Shown piece after piece: positions 37,676 to 46,799 of a DNA stretch of 64,000 bases. This DNA is from Planctomycetota bacterium (GTDB taxonomy: Bacteria; Planctomycetota; B15-G4). A program made the position numbers and the translations under genes. The first letter of the stretch is position 1; every line of letters begins with the position of its first letter. A model generated the notes under the pieces. That model ran no database searches, was not told where the DNA came from, and was given only the letters and a program-made list of their open reading frames with translations. Location: contig JAJDEQ010000102.1 in the NCBI GenBank assembly GCA_029259695.1, positions 101,223 to 165,222 on the forward strand, read 5' to 3'.

Positions 37676-38004
37676 GTCCGTGCCCGGTCAGGCGTCGGCC
37701 GGGTGCGTCGGCGCGGCGGCCGCGGGCACTGGGCGGGCGGACCCTGCGGCTGCGCGGCAGTCGAACGGGACGCGGGTGCCGGCCGATCCGGGCCGCCCCG
37801 GCGGGGTCAGCTGCGCATGATTCCGCCGGGCGCCGGGCGAGTCGAGATTCGGGCTCGCACGAAACCAATTGTGTGATCGGCCCGCTGGACGGGAGCGATT
37901 CCATTCACCGTTCGCTAGACTCCCTGCTCGCGCTCTGTCAGTCCCTTGCGATCCGAGCTGGATGACGCCCGGAAGCGACCAGGGGAACGAGCCGGGAACC
38001 CACC

Positions 38005-39060
38005 GTGGCCACGATCCTCCTCGTCGCAGGTCTCACCCTGCTGGCGTCGTTCTTCTGCTCCATCAGCGAAGCCGCGCTCTACTCGGTCTCGGTCGGACAA
38101 GCGGAGGCCCTGGCGGCCGAGCGTCGACCCGGTGCGCACAAGCTGGCGCAACTGCGCGCGAGCATCGGCGAGCCCATCAGCGCGCTGCTCACGGTCAACA
38201 CGATCGCGAACACGGCCGGTGCTGCCTTGTTCGGCAGCCTCGTCGCCGAGACCTACGGCGACGGAGGTCACGCTCTGGCGTTGGGTACCGGGTTGCTCAC
38301 GTTGTCGATCCTGCTCGTGGCGGAGATCGTGCCCAAGAGCCTGGGCGTGCGCTACGCCGGTCGCGTCGCACCCCTCGTGGCGTGGCCGCTGCAGATCATG
38401 GTGTGGCTGGCCTGGCCCGTCGTGAAGGCTGCGGGCGTCCTGATCCGCATGCTCACGGGCTCGGGGGGCGACTCGGCACCCAGCGAGGACGAGATCGTGA
38501 TCATGGCCCGCCTGGCGGCGAGCGGGGGGACGATGCGCAGCCAGGAGCACCGCTGGGTGAAGAACGCCCTGGCGCTCGATCGCGTGCAGGTCCGGGACAT
38601 CATGACGCCGCGCACCGTCGTGCGCTTCCTGCCCCAGGACACGCGCCTCGATGCGCTCGACCCGAAGGACAACATCTGGAGCCACAGTCGCGTGCCGATC
38701 ACGGAGGGCGGGAGCCTCGAGGGGATCCGGGGCATCGTCTATCGCAAGCACGTGCTGGACGCTCTGCTCTCGGGCGAGACGGACGGCGTGCTGGCAGACC
38801 TGGTGCGCCCGGTCGAATTCGTGCCGGAGACGATGCGCGGGCACGTGCTGTTGGACAAGCTCTTGAGCGACAAGGTCCACCTCGCCGTGGTGCTCGACGA
38901 GTTCGGTGGCGTCGAGGGCATCGTGACGCTGGAGGACGTTGTCGAGAGTCTGCTCGGAGCGGAGATCGTCGACGAGCACGACGAAGTGACCGACATGCAG
39001 GTGTTGGCTCGGGAACAGGCCGCGCGCAGCGCCGCCGAGCGCGGGAAGGGGGCGCTGTGA
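38005..39060 (+). CDS. CNNM/CorC/HlyC-family transporter (DUF21 TM domain + CBS pair + CorC_HlyC C-terminal domain)
   Basis: GTG start. N-terminal 4-TM DUF21 (ILLVAGLTLLASFFCSISEAALYS..), CBS pair (VRDIMTPRTVV..) and C-terminal transporter-associated domain (LAVVLDEFGGVEGIVTLEDVVESLLG). Confidence 0.8.
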   Translation: MATILLVAGLTLLASFFCSISEAALYSVSVGQAEALAAERRPGAHKLAQLRASIGEPISALLTVNTIANTAGAALFGSLVAETYGDGGHALALGTGLLTLSILLVAEIVPKSLGVRYAGRVAPLVAWPLQIMVWLAWPVVKAAGVLIRMLTGSGGDSAPSEDEIVIMARLAASGGTMRSQEHRWVKNALALDRVQVRDIMTPRTVVRFLPQDTRLDALDPKDNIWSHSRVPITEGGSLEGIRGIVYRKHVLDALLSGETDGVLADLVRPVEFVPETMRGHVLLDKLLSDKVHLAVVLDEFGGVEGIVTLEDVVESLLGAEIVDEHDEVTDMQVLAREQAARSAAERGKGAL

Positions 39061-39157
39061 GCCCCGTCACGGGCCGTGTTCGTGGCCTCACCTGGCCACA
39101 GAAGCATCCACCGACCGGACCGCAATGCGAGTCCGGTCTCGAAAGAGTTGCTGCACG

Positions 39158-41308
39158 ATGAAGATCGCTGTGGTCTACAACCGCGACAGCCAGGCGGTGA
39201 TCAACCTGTTCGGTCAGCAGAACCAGGAGAAGATCGGGCTGGCGGTCATCCGCTCGATCGAGGACGCGCTGCGGGCCGGTGGTCACCAGTCGCTCGCCGT
39301 GGAGGGCGACAAGGACCTGATCAGCAAGCTCGAGGACTTCATGCCGCGGGTGGTCAAGGGCGAGCGCCCGGGCATGGTCTTCAACGTCTCGTACGGCATC
39401 CAGGGGCAGGCGCGCTACACGCACGTGCCGAGCATCCTGGAGATGGTCGGGATTCCCTACGTGGCGTCGGGGCCGCTGGCTCACTCGATCGCGTTGGACA
39501 AGGTCGTGACCAAGATGGTCCTGGTGCAACACGGGCTGCCCACGCCGGGCTTCGCCGTGCTGATGGAGCCGGGCTTCGACATCCCCGATCTGGCCTACCC
39601 GCTGATCGTCAAGCCGAAGAACGAGGCCGTGTCGTTCGGGATCAAGGTGGTCAACAGCGACGACGAGTTGCGCGCCGCCGCCGACGTGATCTTCGAGCGT
39701 TTCCAGCAGCCCGTGCTCGTGGAACAATTCGTCGAGGGTCGAGAGGTGAACGTGGGCCTGCTCGGCAACGGTCCGGCCGAAGCCCTGCCGCCCGTGGAAC
39801 TCGACTTCGCCGGCGGTCCGACGGTCTACAGCCTGGACGACAAACGCGGCAAGTCGGGACGCGAGGTCACCCTGCGCTGTCCGGCCGACCTGGGACCGGA
39901 GCTCACCGAGCGGGCCCAGGATCTGGCGCGCAAGACGTTCGCGGCGGTGGGCTGTGCCGACTGCGCGCGCGTCGACTTCCGCCTGGATGCTGCGGGGCAG
40001 TTCCACATCCTCGAGATCAACAGCCTGCCGGCGATGGGGCCGCGGGGTTCCTACGTGCGCGCGGCGAAGGAGGCCGGCCTCGAGTTCCCCGACCTCGTCA
40101 ATCGCCTGGTCGAAGTGGCCAGCGCCCGTTACTTCGGCACGCCTCAGCCGCCCACCATCGGTCCCGGCACCGAGGACACGCCGACGGCCATCTTCTCCTT
40201 CCTCACGCAACGGCGCGATCGACTCGAGCGGCGTCTGCGGGAGTGGACGAGCCGACCCAGCCGCACCCATGACCCCATCGGTCTGCAGCACGCGGTCCGA
40301 CTGCTGAGCAAGACGTGCACCGAACTGGGCTTGCGCCCGGTGGAAGACCTCACCGACGAACGATCCGTGCACACCTGGCAGACCCGCGCCGGGCTCGACG
40401 GTGGAACCTTGCTCGTGACCCACCTCGACGTGCCCCTGGCCGAGAGCATGCCCGTCCAGGCTTTCCGGCGCGGTCCCGAGTGGCTTCTCGGCGACGGAGT
40501 GGCGACCTCGAGGGGGCCGCTCGTCGTGGCGGAGTATGCGCTGCGCGCCGTGCGCCACCTGCGTCTGCTCGCCAAGCGTCGCATCGGATTGCTGACCTAT
40601 CTCGACGAGGGCAACGATGCCCGTTACAGCCGGGACCTGTTGCGCAAGGCGATGGGGCGGGCCAGTCGGGTGATCGTCCTGCGGCCAGGGGGGGTCGGCG
40701 GACACGTCTACTCCCAACGTCGCGGACAGCGTCGCTACCGCTTGCAGATCGAAGGCAAGCCGCGGCGGCCCGGTCGCCGGATGCGTGCGCCCGAACCACT
40801 CGTCTGGGCGGCACAGAAGGTCGTGGAGGTCACCGCCCTCACCTCGGCGGTCCAGAGCGGGGCCGTCTCCGTCTCGGATCTGCGGACCGAGAGCTTTCCC
40901 ATGCTGCTCCCGCACCGGGTCGTGGGGACGTTGCTCATGACGTACCGGGATGCGGATCTGGCTGACCAGCTCGAAGCGTCGATCCGCGAGTGCCTTGGCT
41001 CGCGTGGACCCAAGTGGGAACTCGAACGCGTGAGCGAGCGTCCGCCCCTCGGTGATCGGCGCGCCAGTCGCCGGCTGCTCGACGAGTTGCGACGCGCCGC
41101 GGAGTCCTGGGAGATCCCCGTGAAGGGGGAGTCGTCTGCCTGGCCTTCGGTGGCAGGGCTCGCTCCCGCCGAGACGGCGGTGCTCTGCGGGCTGGGCCCC
41201 GAAGCGACCCACCTCTACACCCCCGACGAGGCGGTCGAGCGCACGAGCCTGCTCCAACGGACGCTGATGCTCGCCTCCCTGCTGAGCGCTTCGGATGGAG
41301 CCGAGTGA
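39158..41308 (+). CDS. ATP-grasp ligase (D-Ala-D-Ala ligase family fold) fused to a C-terminal M20-like metallopeptidase domain
   Basis: N-terminus MKIAVVYNRD..ILEMVGIPYVASGPLAHSIALDKVVTKMVLVQHGLPTPGF..LIVKPKNEAVSFGIKVV..PVLVEQFVEGREVNVGLLGN is a Ddl-family ATP-grasp. The C-terminal ~330 aa carry M20-like metal-ligand segments (LLVTHLDVP, GDGVATSRGPL, TYLDEGNDAR). Start at internal ATG 39158 (MKIAVV). Confidence 0.7.
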   Translation: MKIAVVYNRDSQAVINLFGQQNQEKIGLAVIRSIEDALRAGGHQSLAVEGDKDLISKLEDFMPRVVKGERPGMVFNVSYGIQGQARYTHVPSILEMVGIPYVASGPLAHSIALDKVVTKMVLVQHGLPTPGFAVLMEPGFDIPDLAYPLIVKPKNEAVSFGIKVVNSDDELRAAADVIFERFQQPVLVEQFVEGREVNVGLLGNGPAEALPPVELDFAGGPTVYSLDDKRGKSGREVTLRCPADLGPELTERAQDLARKTFAAVGCADCARVDFRLDAAGQFHILEINSLPAMGPRGSYVRAAKEAGLEFPDLVNRLVEVASARYFGTPQPPTIGPGTEDTPTAIFSFLTQRRDRLERRLREWTSRPSRTHDPIGLQHAVRLLSKTCTELGLRPVEDLTDERSVHTWQTRAGLDGGTLLVTHLDVPLAESMPVQAFRRGPEWLLGDGVATSRGPLVVAEYALRAVRHLRLLAKRRIGLLTYLDEGNDARYSRDLLRKAMGRASRVIVLRPGGVGGHVYSQRRGQRRYRLQIEGKPRRPGRRMRAPEPLVWAAQKVVEVTALTSAVQSGAVSVSDLRTESFPMLLPHRVVGTLLMTYRDADLADQLEASIRECLGSRGPKWELERVSERPPLGDRRASRRLLDELRRAAESWEIPVKGESSAWPSVAGLAPAETAVLCGLGPEATHLYTPDEAVERTSLLQRTLMLASLLSASDGAE

Positions 41309-42959
41309 TTCGATGAAGGACCGCAAGCAGGACCCGCTCGATACCGACCTGGTCGACCTCGGTGATCGCCGCACGGTGCGTCCCCAGCGGCTGTCCTTCT
41401 CGCCCTACGGTATGGCCTCCACTGCCCACTACCGGGCGACGGAAGCCGCCACCGAAGTGCTCGCCGCCGGCGGCAACGCCGTGGATGGTGCGGTTGCGGC
41501 AGCGTTCGCCCTGGGGGTCTGTGAACCCCAGGCGTCCGGGCTGGGAGGACAGTCGGTGCTGCTCGTGCATCTCGTCGATCCGCGCCGCACGTTCATCCTC
41601 GACGGGTCGTCGCGTGCGCCGAACCACGCTACGCCCGGCAGCCTCGACCGTGCCGATCGGCGTTTCGGGTACAAGGCCACGACGGTGCCGAGCACCCCGG
41701 CGACTCTCGGTTACGCCCTCGAGAAGTACGGGACGCGCACGTTGGCTGACGTGCTGGCGCCATCCATCCGGCTGGCGAAATCGGGGGTCGAGGTCTCGGA
41801 ACTCTTCCGTGCCCTGTCGCGGCGCGAGGCGAAGAGCCTGCGCAAGGGGAATGCGGCCCCGTTGTTCCTGACCTCGAGCGGCAGGGCCCACGCGGTGGGC
41901 GCCAAGCTCGTCCAGCCGGCGCTGGCCAAGACGTTCGAGGGCTTGGCGCGCAGGGGTATCGAGGACTTCTACACGGGGCGCATCGCGCGGCGCATCCACG
42001 CGGACATGCAGGCCAACGGAGGGCTGCTCGACAAGGACGACCTCGCTCAGGTGCCCTGGCCCATCGAGCGCAAGCCGCTGTCCACCAAGTTCCACGGGAT
42101 GCGCGTGGTCACCTGCCCGCCGCCGGGGGCCGGGCGCGTGCTGGTGGAGATGCTGCACCTGGTCGAGCAGTTCGACGAGAAGCTCTGGGACGCGGATCAA
42201 CCGGGAGGCGCTCTGCTGCTGGCCGAGATCATGCGGCAGGGGGCGCGTGACCGACTGGACCGTCCGTTCGATGCTGAGTTCTACGCCCAGGTCGACGAAC
42301 ACCGCATGACCGACCGGGGCTACGCCGTCGAGGTGGCCAAGAAGATCCGGCGCATCTTGCGCAAGCGCCCGGACCCGGGCCCGCCGCCGCCGGCGACCAC
42401 CGGCGAGACGACCCATCTCACCGTCATGGATCGCGACGGCAACGTGGTCGCCCTGACCCAGTCGATCGAACGCGTCTTCGGGGCCAAGGTCGCCACGCCG
42501 GACCTCGGCTTCCTCTACAACAACTACATGTCGGCGTTCGAGTACGAGGACTCGTCCCATCCCTATGCGATGAGGCCCAACGCCGTGCCGTGGGCGAGCG
42601 TGGCGCCGACGATCGTGTTCCGGGGGCGGCGCCCATGGGTTGCGTTGGGATCGCCCGGCAGCGAACGCATCGTCACGTCCGTGCTGCAGGTGCTGTTGCG
42701 CCTGATCACCCATTCGCCGTTCGAGGCGGTGGACGCACCGCGGCTGCACTGCAACACGGCCGGACGGGTGTCGCTGGAGACGGCGCGCTTTCGCGACGAC
42801 ATCCCCCGCGTCCTCGCACAGTACGGCTTCGAGATCGACGAACGCGACCCTTACTCGTTCTACCTCGGCTGCGTCCAGCTCGTGATGCGCGACCGCTACG
42901 GCTTCATCGGAGTGGCCGATCCCCGGCGGGACGGGTCTGCGAGTGGGCCGCTCTCGTGA
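41295..42959 (+). CDS. ggt: gamma-glutamyltranspeptidase (Ntn-hydrolase)
   Basis: Substrate/large-subunit motifs (SPYGMASTAHYRAT..GGNAVDGAVAAAFALGVCEPQASGLGG) and the autoprocessing/catalytic Thr segment (TTHLTVMDRDGNVVALTQSIE). ATG 41295 overlaps the upstream stop (alternative ATG 41313). Confidence 0.85.
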   Translation: MEPSDSMKDRKQDPLDTDLVDLGDRRTVRPQRLSFSPYGMASTAHYRATEAATEVLAAGGNAVDGAVAAAFALGVCEPQASGLGGQSVLLVHLVDPRRTFILDGSSRAPNHATPGSLDRADRRFGYKATTVPSTPATLGYALEKYGTRTLADVLAPSIRLAKSGVEVSELFRALSRREAKSLRKGNAAPLFLTSSGRAHAVGAKLVQPALAKTFEGLARRGIEDFYTGRIARRIHADMQANGGLLDKDDLAQVPWPIERKPLSTKFHGMRVVTCPPPGAGRVLVEMLHLVEQFDEKLWDADQPGGALLLAEIMRQGARDRLDRPFDAEFYAQVDEHRMTDRGYAVEVAKKIRRILRKRPDPGPPPPATTGETTHLTVMDRDGNVVALTQSIERVFGAKVATPDLGFLYNNYMSAFEYEDSSHPYAMRPNAVPWASVAPTIVFRGRRPWVALGSPGSERIVTSVLQVLLRLITHSPFEAVDAPRLHCNTAGRVSLETARFRDDIPRVLAQYGFEIDERDPYSFYLGCVQLVMRDRYGFIGVADPRRDGSASGPLS

Positions 42960-42999
42960 GCGACCGCGCCAGGGACCGCGCCGTCGCGGTGGGCTCGCT

Positions 43000-43695
43000 G
43001 TGACGTTGCCGCTGCTCTTGTCGGTGCCGCACGCAGGGCTCGAGGTGCCCGACCGCCTCGCCTCTCGCTGCCTGCTGACGCCGCAGCAGGTGCTCGTCGA
43101 TGGGGACGAGGGCGCGGCGGCGATCTACGACCTCGCCGAGCACGTGGCGCACTACGTCACCACGCCCATCGCCCGGGCCGTGCTCGACATGAACCGCGCG
43201 GAGGACGACCGTCGACTCGACGGGGTGGTCAAGACACACACCTGCTGGGGAGAGCCCGTGTGGCGCGAAGCGTTGGGTTCGGACGATGTCGAGTGGTTGC
43301 TCGCGCGTCACCACCGTCCCTACCACGCGGCCCTGAGCGCCGGGCACGACGACGTGATCCTGGCCGTGGACTGCCACACCATGGCGGCGCACGGTCCGCC
43401 GGTTGGCCCGGATCCCGATGCGGAGCGACCGGCGGCGTGCTTGAGCGACGGGGCGGGCACGTCTTGCCCGCGCCCGTGGATCGAGGCGCTGCGGGACCTG
43501 CTGGCCGGGACGCTCGACCGGGAGGTGCGCATCAACGATCCGTTCCAGGGCGGCTACATCACTCGAACCCACGGGCGGGAGCGACCGTGGGTGCAGCTGG
43601 AGTTGTCCCGGGCCCCGTTCATGTCTGTCGCCGAGAAGCGGGCGGCGGTGCTCGAGGCGCTCGACGCGTGGAGCCGGCGACACAGTGGCGGGTGA
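43000..43695 (+). CDS. N-formylglutamate amidohydrolase (FGase, PF05013) family zinc hydrolase
   Basis: LLLSVPHAGLEVPDRL near the N-terminus and the second metal-ligand region VILAVDCHTMAA are family hallmarks. GTG at 43000 chosen (the ORF track offers GTG 42943, overlapping ggt). Confidence 0.7.
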   Translation: MTLPLLLSVPHAGLEVPDRLASRCLLTPQQVLVDGDEGAAAIYDLAEHVAHYVTTPIARAVLDMNRAEDDRRLDGVVKTHTCWGEPVWREALGSDDVEWLLARHHRPYHAALSAGHDDVILAVDCHTMAAHGPPVGPDPDAERPAACLSDGAGTSCPRPWIEALRDLLAGTLDREVRINDPFQGGYITRTHGRERPWVQLELSRAPFMSVAEKRAAVLEALDAWSRRHSGG

Positions 43696-44071
43696 CGCAC
43701 AGGCGCCGGGGTGACGCAAGGGGCCGGGTGACGCAAGGGGCCGGACGACACAGGGCCCTGCGTTGCGATGTCATCGAAGTGTGATCGCGATGTGGACGCG
43801 CCGAGCGCTTGTCAATCGGCGGGTGTCGGCATAGGGTCGGAGCCGGTTGTCGCACGAGCGCGCTCGTCGAGTTGGCTCGGTCGGGAACCCTCGACCCCGA
43901 ACGTCCCCCCCCCAAGACCTGCCGGCACGCCAGCGCGGCCGCGGCGTCATTCCCCACGCAACCGGTTCGATGCCGGCGGGAAGCGTCGTGTGGTCGCGTT
44001 GCGCCGCGGCGCGCATTGCGAGCGCGTCGTCGCGTGCACGCCGTCCGGTTCGGTGAGGACCGCCGAGGCCG

Positions 44072-46591
44072 ATGCTCCCTGTCACCGAGCCGGCCTGCGC
44101 GCCGGTCATGCCCCTGGAGACGATCGTGGCGTACCCCCCGACCGAGCAGCTTCCCGTCCGTGGCGCCTCGCGCGCTTCCCGCAAGGCCCTCCGGATCGGG
44201 GTGGCGGCGCTGGCCCTGGCGTCTCTGGGCACGGTCGCCCGGGCACTGCCGGGCGGCGGGTCCCCGGACCTGTCGGTGGCGAACATCGAGGTGACGCAGG
44301 CGGTGCAGGACGGCAACACGCCGCTCACCGCGGGTCGCTCCACGTGTGTGCGCGTGACGGTGCAGGTGGACGGTGCGGCCGCGGACGTGGGCGGTGTCGA
44401 CGGGCTGCTGCGCGTCTTCGTCGACGGCGCCGAGGCCTCGTTCTCGCCGGTGTTCTCCGAGAACGGTCCGATCCTGGCCAAGCTCGCGCCGTCCCCGACG
44501 CTCGAGAAGGACACGCTCAACTTCGCCTTCCTGCCGCCGGCCTCGGGCGACGTGGAGATCACGGTGGAGGTGAACCCCGCCGGCCCGAACTTCGTGACCG
44601 AGACGAACACGGCCAACAACTCCGGCACCACGGGCTCGCTGGCGTTCGGCGAGCTGAACGTGCCGGAGCTGGCCTACGCGCCGATCGATCTGAACCCCGG
44701 GGTCGGCCCGCCCGACCCGGCGCTGATCGCCCCGGGCAACGGCGACAACTTCCTGCACGGCATCTACCCCGGCAAGGACTGGGACTACCACCGCATCGAC
44801 GCGCCGGCGAAGACCTGGGGCCAGTCGGTGGCCAGTTCGTCCGGCGGCCAGGTGCTGCTCAACTCGCTCGTGGTGGATCGCCAGCTCATGGTGCCGATCC
44901 CCGACCTCGTGTACGGCTGGGTGAAGGGCGCGCTGCCCGGCTACAACGGCACGTCGCAGATCGGCGGGCCCGTGTCGATGGGCAACACCGAGCCGATCCG
45001 CCACCAGCGCACGTTCGCCCACGAGATCGGGCACAACTTCGGGCTGTTCCACAACGGCTCGTCGATCAGCGTGGTGGGCGTGGACGTCGAGCACCACCTC
45101 GCCATCACCGAGAGCCTGCCCAAGGTCAAGCCCGCCAACCTGAACGACATCATGGTGGCGGGGCTGCTGACCCACCAGGCCTGGGTCGCGCCGTTCAACT
45201 ACGAGTTCTTCATGACCCACCCGATCTTCAACCCCAACAACGCGTCCACCGCGGTGGAAGAGCCGGGGCTGCTGGTCACCGGGTTGTGGAACCGGGAGAA
45301 CGGCGCGCTGCAGCTCAACGACGTGCTGCACGTCGAAGCGGTCGAATCCACCGCGCCGGCCGCCCCCGCTGAGCGCGACCTGCTGGTGCGCGCCTTCGTG
45401 GGGGAGCAGCTCGTGCGCGAGCTGCCCTTCGCCATCCGCCGCAGCCTCGACGAGTGCCCCGCGTGCCAGGGCGAGAGCGGCAGTGACAGTGAGCAGTCGG
45501 TGCCGACGGTGGGCTTCAACTTCGCGCTCACCGGCCTGGGCACGATCGACCGCGTGGAGATCAGCGACCCCGCGTCGCCCGACCGCGCGCCGTTCGAGCT
45601 GACCCGCAGCGCCTCGGCGCCGGAGGTCGTGTTCACCTCACCGACCTCGAGCGAGCTGTTCGACACGCGCTTGACCGTGTCGTGGGCGGGCAGCGACGCC
45701 GACGGTGACGCGCTCACCTACTACCTGCGCTACAGCCCCGACGGCACCCGCTTCGCGCCGATCCTGACCAGCACCAGCGACACCCGGGTGGACGTGGACC
45801 TGGCCGAGCTGCCGGGTCTCGTGGACGGTCAGGGCTTCTTCGAGCTGATGGCCAGTGACGGCCTGAACACGACGCGCATCCAGTCGCTGCCGCTCACGCC
45901 CGGCACGCAGCTCCAGGGCCTGGGCGGCAACGCGCCGTGGGTCGAGGTGCTCTCGCCCGACAACGGTCGACGCATCCCCCAGGGCGCCACGGTGATCCTG
46001 CACAGTTCCGGTTGGGACCTGGAGGACCGCGCCATCGACGGTGCGAGCCTCGAGTGGTACTCGAACGTGGACGGTTTCCTCGGCACCGGTCGCCTGGCGG
46101 CCGTCGCGGACCTGACGGTCGGCATGCACGAGCTGCGCGTGGAGGCGACCGACTCCGACCTCATGACCACCACGGCCACGGCCAACGTGATCATCCTGCC
46201 CCGCGCCCTCCCGCTGCTGACCGAGGCGGTCTGTCAGGTCGATCTCGGCTTCGCCGGGCCCGGTGCGTCGGTGCTCGAGGTCTGCGGCGGTGACCTGTCG
46301 TCGGGCACGGCCGCCGACCTGACCCTCACGGGCGCGCTGCCCAACCAGTCGGCGTGGTTCGTGGCGGGCTTCAGCAACACGCCGCTGGCGGTCTTCGGCG
46401 GCACGCTGGTTCCCAACCCGGTGGCGTTCCTGGTACCGGTGACCACGGATGGCAACGGCGAGATCCTGGTGGAGGACATCGCGGGCGGTGGCGGCCCGGG
46501 CACGGTGTTCGTCCAGGTCGTCTCGGTCGATCCGGGCCAGGTGGCCGGGTTCGCCCTCTCCAACGCGCTCCAGCTCGACTTCCTGCCGTAG
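44072..46591 (+). CDS. secreted metzincin-type zinc metalloprotease with C-terminal ~85 aa domain shared with the downstream FG-GAP protein
   Basis: Hydrophobic signal region (LRIGVAALALASLGTVARA). Extended zinc motif HEIGHNFGLFH (HExxHxxGxxH) characteristic of metzincins. Large beta-rich N- and C-terminal regions. Confidence 0.75.
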   Translation: MLPVTEPACAPVMPLETIVAYPPTEQLPVRGASRASRKALRIGVAALALASLGTVARALPGGGSPDLSVANIEVTQAVQDGNTPLTAGRSTCVRVTVQVDGAAADVGGVDGLLRVFVDGAEASFSPVFSENGPILAKLAPSPTLEKDTLNFAFLPPASGDVEITVEVNPAGPNFVTETNTANNSGTTGSLAFGELNVPELAYAPIDLNPGVGPPDPALIAPGNGDNFLHGIYPGKDWDYHRIDAPAKTWGQSVASSSGGQVLLNSLVVDRQLMVPIPDLVYGWVKGALPGYNGTSQIGGPVSMGNTEPIRHQRTFAHEIGHNFGLFHNGSSISVVGVDVEHHLAITESLPKVKPANLNDIMVAGLLTHQAWVAPFNYEFFMTHPIFNPNNASTAVEEPGLLVTGLWNRENGALQLNDVLHVEAVESTAPAAPAERDLLVRAFVGEQLVRELPFAIRRSLDECPACQGESGSDSEQSVPTVGFNFALTGLGTIDRVEISDPASPDRAPFELTRSASAPEVVFTSPTSSELFDTRLTVSWAGSDADGDALTYYLRYSPDGTRFAPILTSTSDTRVDVDLAELPGLVDGQGFFELMASDGLNTTRIQSLPLTPGTQLQGLGGNAPWVEVLSPDNGRRIPQGATVILHSSGWDLEDRAIDGASLEWYSNVDGFLGTGRLAAVADLTVGMHELRVEATDSDLMTTTATANVIILPRALPLLTEAVCQVDLGFAGPGASVLEVCGGDLSSGTAADLTLTGALPNQSAWFVAGFSNTPLAVFGGTLVPNPVAFLVPVTTDGNGEILVEDIAGGGGPGTVFVQVVSVDPGQVAGFALSNALQLDFLP

Positions 46592-46602
46592 GGCCGGTCG
46601 AG

Positions 46603-46634
46603 CGTCCCGCCTGCATGCAGGCCCGCTCGGGACG
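46603..46634. terminator. GC-rich hairpin containing the palindrome GCCTGCATGCAGGC immediately after the metalloprotease stop
   Basis: CGTCCCG-CCTGCATGCAGG-CCCG(ctc)GGGACG read directly, 12 nt after the TAG at 46589-46591. Followed by an AT-richer stretch (TTGTCGCTTATAGT), a likely promoter for the FG-GAP gene. Confidence 0.4.
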
Positions 46635-46799
46635 GGGTTCATCGGAGCCCCCGGGGCGGGCCTGCGTCGCAGAACGGTCGGGCGAGAACCGCGCGGAAAC
46701 CGGGTCCAGGGCTCCCATGACGCGGTTTGTCGCTTATAGTCTGCGAGCTTCTCCGGGCACATTCTTACCCCCCTTACGCACCACGAGGAACCACTTCGC

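Noticed and set aside
37676-38004. 330 nt leader upstream of the CNNM/CorC gene considered as an M-box (Mg) riboswitch
   Set aside because: I could not identify the conserved M-box core sequences by eye. Retained only as a low-confidence candidate regulatory leader inside a finding, not as a feature.
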